Below, piece after piece: positions 59,557 to 64,000 of a stretch of 64,000 nt of DNA. The stretch is taken from NCBI GenBank assembly GCA_030295235.1, contig AP026128.1, positions 186,001 to 250,000 of the forward strand, read 5' to 3'. Numbering within the stretch: the stretch's first letter is position 1; every line of letters starts with the position of its first letter. Both the position numbers and the translations under genes were made by a program. The notes below the pieces were generated by a model that worked only from the letters and a program-made list of their open reading frames with translations, searched no databases and was not told the origin of the DNA. This stretch comes from Fistulifera solaris (taxonomy: Eukaryota).

Positions 59557-60584
59557 TTAACCTTTGCCTATTTTCAATACGTAAATATTCACATCTTTTC
59601 GGGGTTGCACAAAATTCATCGGAAACACAAGCGGCAATTCAGCATAGTAATCCCCATCCGCAACTACGTTGCAGTCTATCCCTTGGCTTTCAATTCGTCT
59701 TGTAGTACAGCGAATGTCTCCCGTCTCCTCATTGTTGATGCCAAGAGAATTGTTTTCGAATCATCATCTTTGTCGCTATCCGAAAAGAATCGTTGGAATG
59801 TTTTTACGAGAGAAGGAATGGCACATACATCGTAGACGACATCGGCCGCTATCAACAAATTCGCTTGTGCTATTTTTTCGCAGCTTTCTTGCAACCGCGG
59901 GTCGGACGCTTCTTGATAATTACCAAAGGCTTCCCATTCTAAATAGCCACACGAGATAGTACAGTCGAGCTGGTTCCGTTCGATATTGTGCTGCAGATTC
60001 TGCAAACAAACTTCGGTAAAATCGGTACAGTAGACGTGTGACGCGGAACAGGCCGCCGCCACCAGACTGGTCAAACCGACCCCGGCGCCCAATTCCACGA
60101 CCGTTTGATGGGCCACCCATTCGGGATGTTGGAGCAAAAATTCGGCGAGCACCGCACCCGCTTCCCAAATCCGCAGTGCGACATCATTGTGGTACGGATA
60201 GATCCGGACCGTGAGTTGTTTTTGTTGTTGAGTAGGCATGGAGAATGTCACATAACAAGACTGGTGTGGATCGGGTATTTCCGAATGGCGTTGTTGGAGA
60301 GCTAATAACAGTAAATTCCAGAGTGCTTCGGATTGCACATTGTGTTCACCCAGTTGACGGATATAGTTCCGTACGAGCGAACACAAAAAACGCTTCGATG
60401 GACCGGCTTCCCAATACTGCTGTATGGTATCGGCGAAGGATGTTTGTTCCTCTTCCGATGCACCTGTCGTTCGATCCAGAATGTCGTTCTCCGAAGCCAT
60501 GGCGGCGACTAACTGAGAAACGGTGAATGGGCATTCGTGTTGCGAGCAATCCGTCGTGTCTGGATTCGTGTTTTGGGGAGCCAT
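59557..60584 (-). CDS. Seven-beta-strand lysine methyltransferase (Methyltransf_16), EEF2KMT/FAM86-like; frameshift near 59680
   Basis: ALRIWEAG, VVELGAGVGLT, NLQHNI and LIAADVVYD. A shifted frame continues DCNVVADG...LKIGKG*. Confidence 0.82.
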
Positions 60585-61032
60585 GGTGAATAGTAAAAGG
60601 AAAGGAAGGGAAGGCTTGCGGAATGGAGTGTTTCTTCGTATCTTTGTATTTTGCATTTTTTGTGATTTTCATTTTCGACGTTTCCTTTGGTTTTGAGCGC
60701 ACTTAGCGGCGGCGGACAGGCGTTCACTATAGACTCATATAGAAAGCTGTTTCACGAATAATTTGCAGTCTTGTCTCTGTCTGTCGTCTGTCTTTGCACC
60801 TTCACCGCAAATTCCGTGCGTCTCGCGACGAAGATGCGTCAGTGATGTTGGTTGATTTTTTCTATTGATACTGAAGTAGATCTGTCTATCGAGAACTACC
60901 AGCCTCAACACCCAGCTGTTGTATTTATCTCCCTGTTGTTCCAAGGGGAGTCGGTATAGATAGCGCGAAGAACTTATTTTGCATCAGCGCGCCTAAAATA
61001 CGTCGTGTCTCTCTTTTGTCGAACGTTTCGCA

Positions 61033-62829
61033 ATGTATCTCTACTACCAAAGGAGTGCCGTCATGCTCCTCTATTTCTTCACGCGACCTTCTTTCGGATT
61101 TGTCGCTCGTTCTGGAACGAAAGGATGGCGTTCTTTGGCTTCCACGACGGCGGAGACAGCACCCACCGTCAAAGAGTTGCCCGTCAATTACAGTATGGAA
61201 GAAATTGTATCACTCTGCAAGCGCCGCGGTATCATCTTTCCTTCTTCGGAAATCTACAATGGTTATGCCGGATTTTATGACTATGGTCCGTTGGGATGTG
61301 AACTCAAAAGAATGTCAAAGATGCTTGGTGGAGATTCTTTGTGACCAGTCGGGAAGATGTCGTGGGGTTAGATAGCAGTATCATTCATAATCCGGCCACT
61401 TGGAAGTCCAGCGGTAAGTTCTGTGTCGTTGTTCGTCTAAAAATCGGATTGGCGCTAATGTTTTACCGCTCAGGTCATGTGGATGGCTTTTCGGATCCCA
61501 TGGTCGATTGCAAAGAAACGAAATTACGATTCCGCGCCGACCAACTGTTCTTTTCGCCCGTCATCAATGAACAAAATGAGATTTTAGGCTATGTTTGTGT
61601 TCAAGAGAATACTGACGAACAAATGGTCAAAGATGCTAAAAAGCAAGTCAAAGACTTGCTAAAAACATTGGATAAGGCTGGTGAAACCATTCAGGCATTT
61701 TCGTTCAAAGAAGTCAACGAAGCGACCGAAGAGGAAATGAAGCAAATTCCTTCCCCGGCTTCGGGAAAGCCTACACTTACTATGCCACGTGCGTTCAATT
61801 TAATGTTCCAAACGCAAGTGGGAGCCTTGTCGGATGAGTCGTCTACGGCGTATTTGCGCCCGGAAACGGCGCAGGGCATCTTTCTTAATTTCAAAAATGT
61901 ACTCACCACCAGCCGACAAAAGATACCCTTTGGTATTGCGCAAATTGGAAAAGCTTTTCGAAATGAAATCACTCCGCGGAACTTTATCTTCCGAAGCCGT
62001 GAATTCGAACAGATGGAAGTTGAATACTTTATTCCGCCGGGCGATGATGTGTGGCCGGAGTTTCATCAAAAGTGGATGGACGATTCGCGGGACTTCTTAC
62101 TGTCGATTGGTTTACGGGAAGATTTGATGGGGTGGGATGTTCATAAAGGCGACAAGCTAGCTCATTATGCTCAGGCTTGTACAGATATTACATTCAAATT
62201 TCCGTTCGGTGAGCAGGAACTCATGGGCATTGCAGCGCGTGGCAACTACGATTTGACCCAGCATACCGAAGGCTCTGGGAAAAGTAAGTTATTGTTTGAG
62301 TCGAGTTTCGCTTTGGGAATTTTCGAGGATACGCTAATTCATTTCTGCTCGTTCCAAAGGTCTTGACTACTTCGACGAACTGACTAAGGAAAAATACATT
62401 CCGTATTGTATTGAACCGTCTCTGGGTGTGGATCGTTTGATGCTTGCCTTGATTTGCTCAGCATACGCAGAAGACGAAGTTGGTGGTGAGAAACGCAGTT
62501 TACTGAAATTCGATCCCAAGGTGGCGCCCATCAAAGTTGCCGTTCTGCCGCTAGTAAAGAACAAAGAAGCTTTAGTTACGGTGGCCCGCGAACTTTTTGA
62601 TAAACTTCGTGTTCGATGGAACTGTCAGTGGGATGCCAGTGGTGCTATTGGACGAAGATACCGTCGTGCGGACGAAGTAGGCACTCCTTTCTGTATTACA
62701 GTTGACTTTGATACAATCGAGAAAGATAACGCTGTCACGATCCGCGACCGTGACACAACGGAGCAGGTTCGAATTCCAACGGACGAGGTGGTATCGTATC
62801 TTAGTAAGCAAATCGATGGCTACGCGTAA
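61033..62829 (+). CDS. Glycyl-tRNA synthetase, class IIa homodimeric type, likely organellar; two introns, frameshift near 61308
   Basis: [68 protein letters not shown] and anticodon domain [16 protein letters not shown]. Confidence 0.95.
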
Positions 62830-63003
62830 GAATTATGTTAAACAATGCAGTTTTAAATAGGCTCTGTCGTATTACTAAAATGGAACACGGTGTTATATAA
62901 GTTATATAATCACGAAATACTATTGAACATGGATTATTGTGTAACTAGTTTGTGGAACGCTCAATCATTTCCATATCAAATGCAGTCTTTGCTAGGCCAT
63001 CGA

Positions 63004-64000
63004 TCAGCTCACGCAAGTCAGTGTCGATGGGGCCATTTCCCTTTGCAATTTGTTCTTTGTATCTTCAATGCGGCCCATCAAAGCATCTAAAGCTTCAGAC
63101 TCTAGCGACACCACGCCACTACTAGATCCTTGAAGTTCTTCAAACGAAAGCTCGTGAAGAGCAATGGCATCTTCACAAGTACCAGACCCCACTGATCTAG
63201 TTGAACGGGGGGCCAAAACCGCTTTGCACTAGTATTCGTATGGCTTTTGCTGGATGGAAGACGTGTGTTGTGATGCGTGTTGGCCGATTTTTTAATATCG
63301 TCCCCTGCACCAAATCTGTCTGCTCCGCTGAATGGATTGTCATTGAACGTGGATACCGATATATTATCTTTCGAAGCGCAATACATGAGCCCGCTTCCTT
63401 TCGGGCGTGGTGCAGTTTCGGGAGTGATCGGTGGTCGGGAACCGCATTGGCGAAAGCTCTGTGGTGAATGAATACCGGGTACTTTTGCATGTTCCATACC
63501 AGGCGAAGGCTGAGGCCTTCTCACACCAAGTAACGAACACTCCTCGAAATCCGGGGCTGTTTTGGCTGCCTCAATAAGGTCCCGAAGGCTTTCTTCGTCC
63601 CCTAAGTCGAAAGTATTTGGTATCTCGAGAGTCAAAATACCTGTGTGTTTCGGTGATAGTGGCAATGGTGTAACCAGATTATCTTCGTCATCGTTTTCTA
63701 ACTGCGCTTCCTCTTGCTTTAAATAATAAGGTATTTGTTCTTCTGGCTCGCGTCTGTCCTTTCTGGTGTAACAAGCGCCAACCGATGCCTGAGGGTCTCG
63801 ACTTTTCGCACTTGATTCTTTTTGGTAGTCAGGAATCTCGATGGATCTCCGAGTTGAGGACTGAAGAGGGAAATAGAAAGAACCTTCGTGTGCTTCCGGG
63901 GGGTCACTTCGAGGAGGATTGTGGGATGAAGCACATGGCTTTATTTCACTTTCTATTTCAGCGCCAACTAGCTGGGCTGCATCAGCATAGCCAGTTTTTG
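63004..64000 (-). CDS. Hypothetical protein; frameshifted, 5' end uncertain or outside the window
   Basis: Consecutive minus-strand ORFs 63719-63934, 63102-63665 and 63004-63216 appear to be one gene. No family recognised. Confidence 0.5.

Noticed and set aside
5675..62829. Genome-wide programmed ribosomal frameshifting or mass pseudogenisation
   Set aside because: The shift sites share no common slippery or stop motif, occur in A, C, G and T runs and in both directions, and hit essential genes. Sequencing error is far more likely.

Overview
This is gene-dense eukaryotic DNA with short GT-AG introns. It most likely comes from a pennate diatom, inferred from an SSAF-type plastid-targeting presequence, a DGDG synthase, an HSF gene and diatom-style orphan families. 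About 37 protein-coding loci are present, including HSF, Mpv17/PMP22, HEATR3/Syo1, Vps20, Ctr, EBP/EXPERA, Moco sulfurase, TMEM184, DGD, GUK, NAT9, TLC, PIG-B, RPS17, Vms1/ANKZF1, an SDR, an EEF2KMT-like methyltransferase and GlyRS. Many conserved genes are broken by single-base indels, mostly in homopolymers, which looks like unpolished long-read error. The most striking structure is a TA-flanked 2.9-kb fold-back element at 18845-21741. It has about 0.54-kb inverted arms around a decayed non-transposase cargo gene. Three unrelated mini-elements are nested in its arms, and each insertion is confirmed by the empty site on the opposite arm. Other mobile DNA includes a Mutator-like transposase running off the left edge, a 565-bp MITE with a 6-bp TSD and a 314-bp hAT-type MITE. 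There are also three local paralog groups and a spliced microprotein missed by the ORF track. All family calls come from motif recognition only; no database searches were run.
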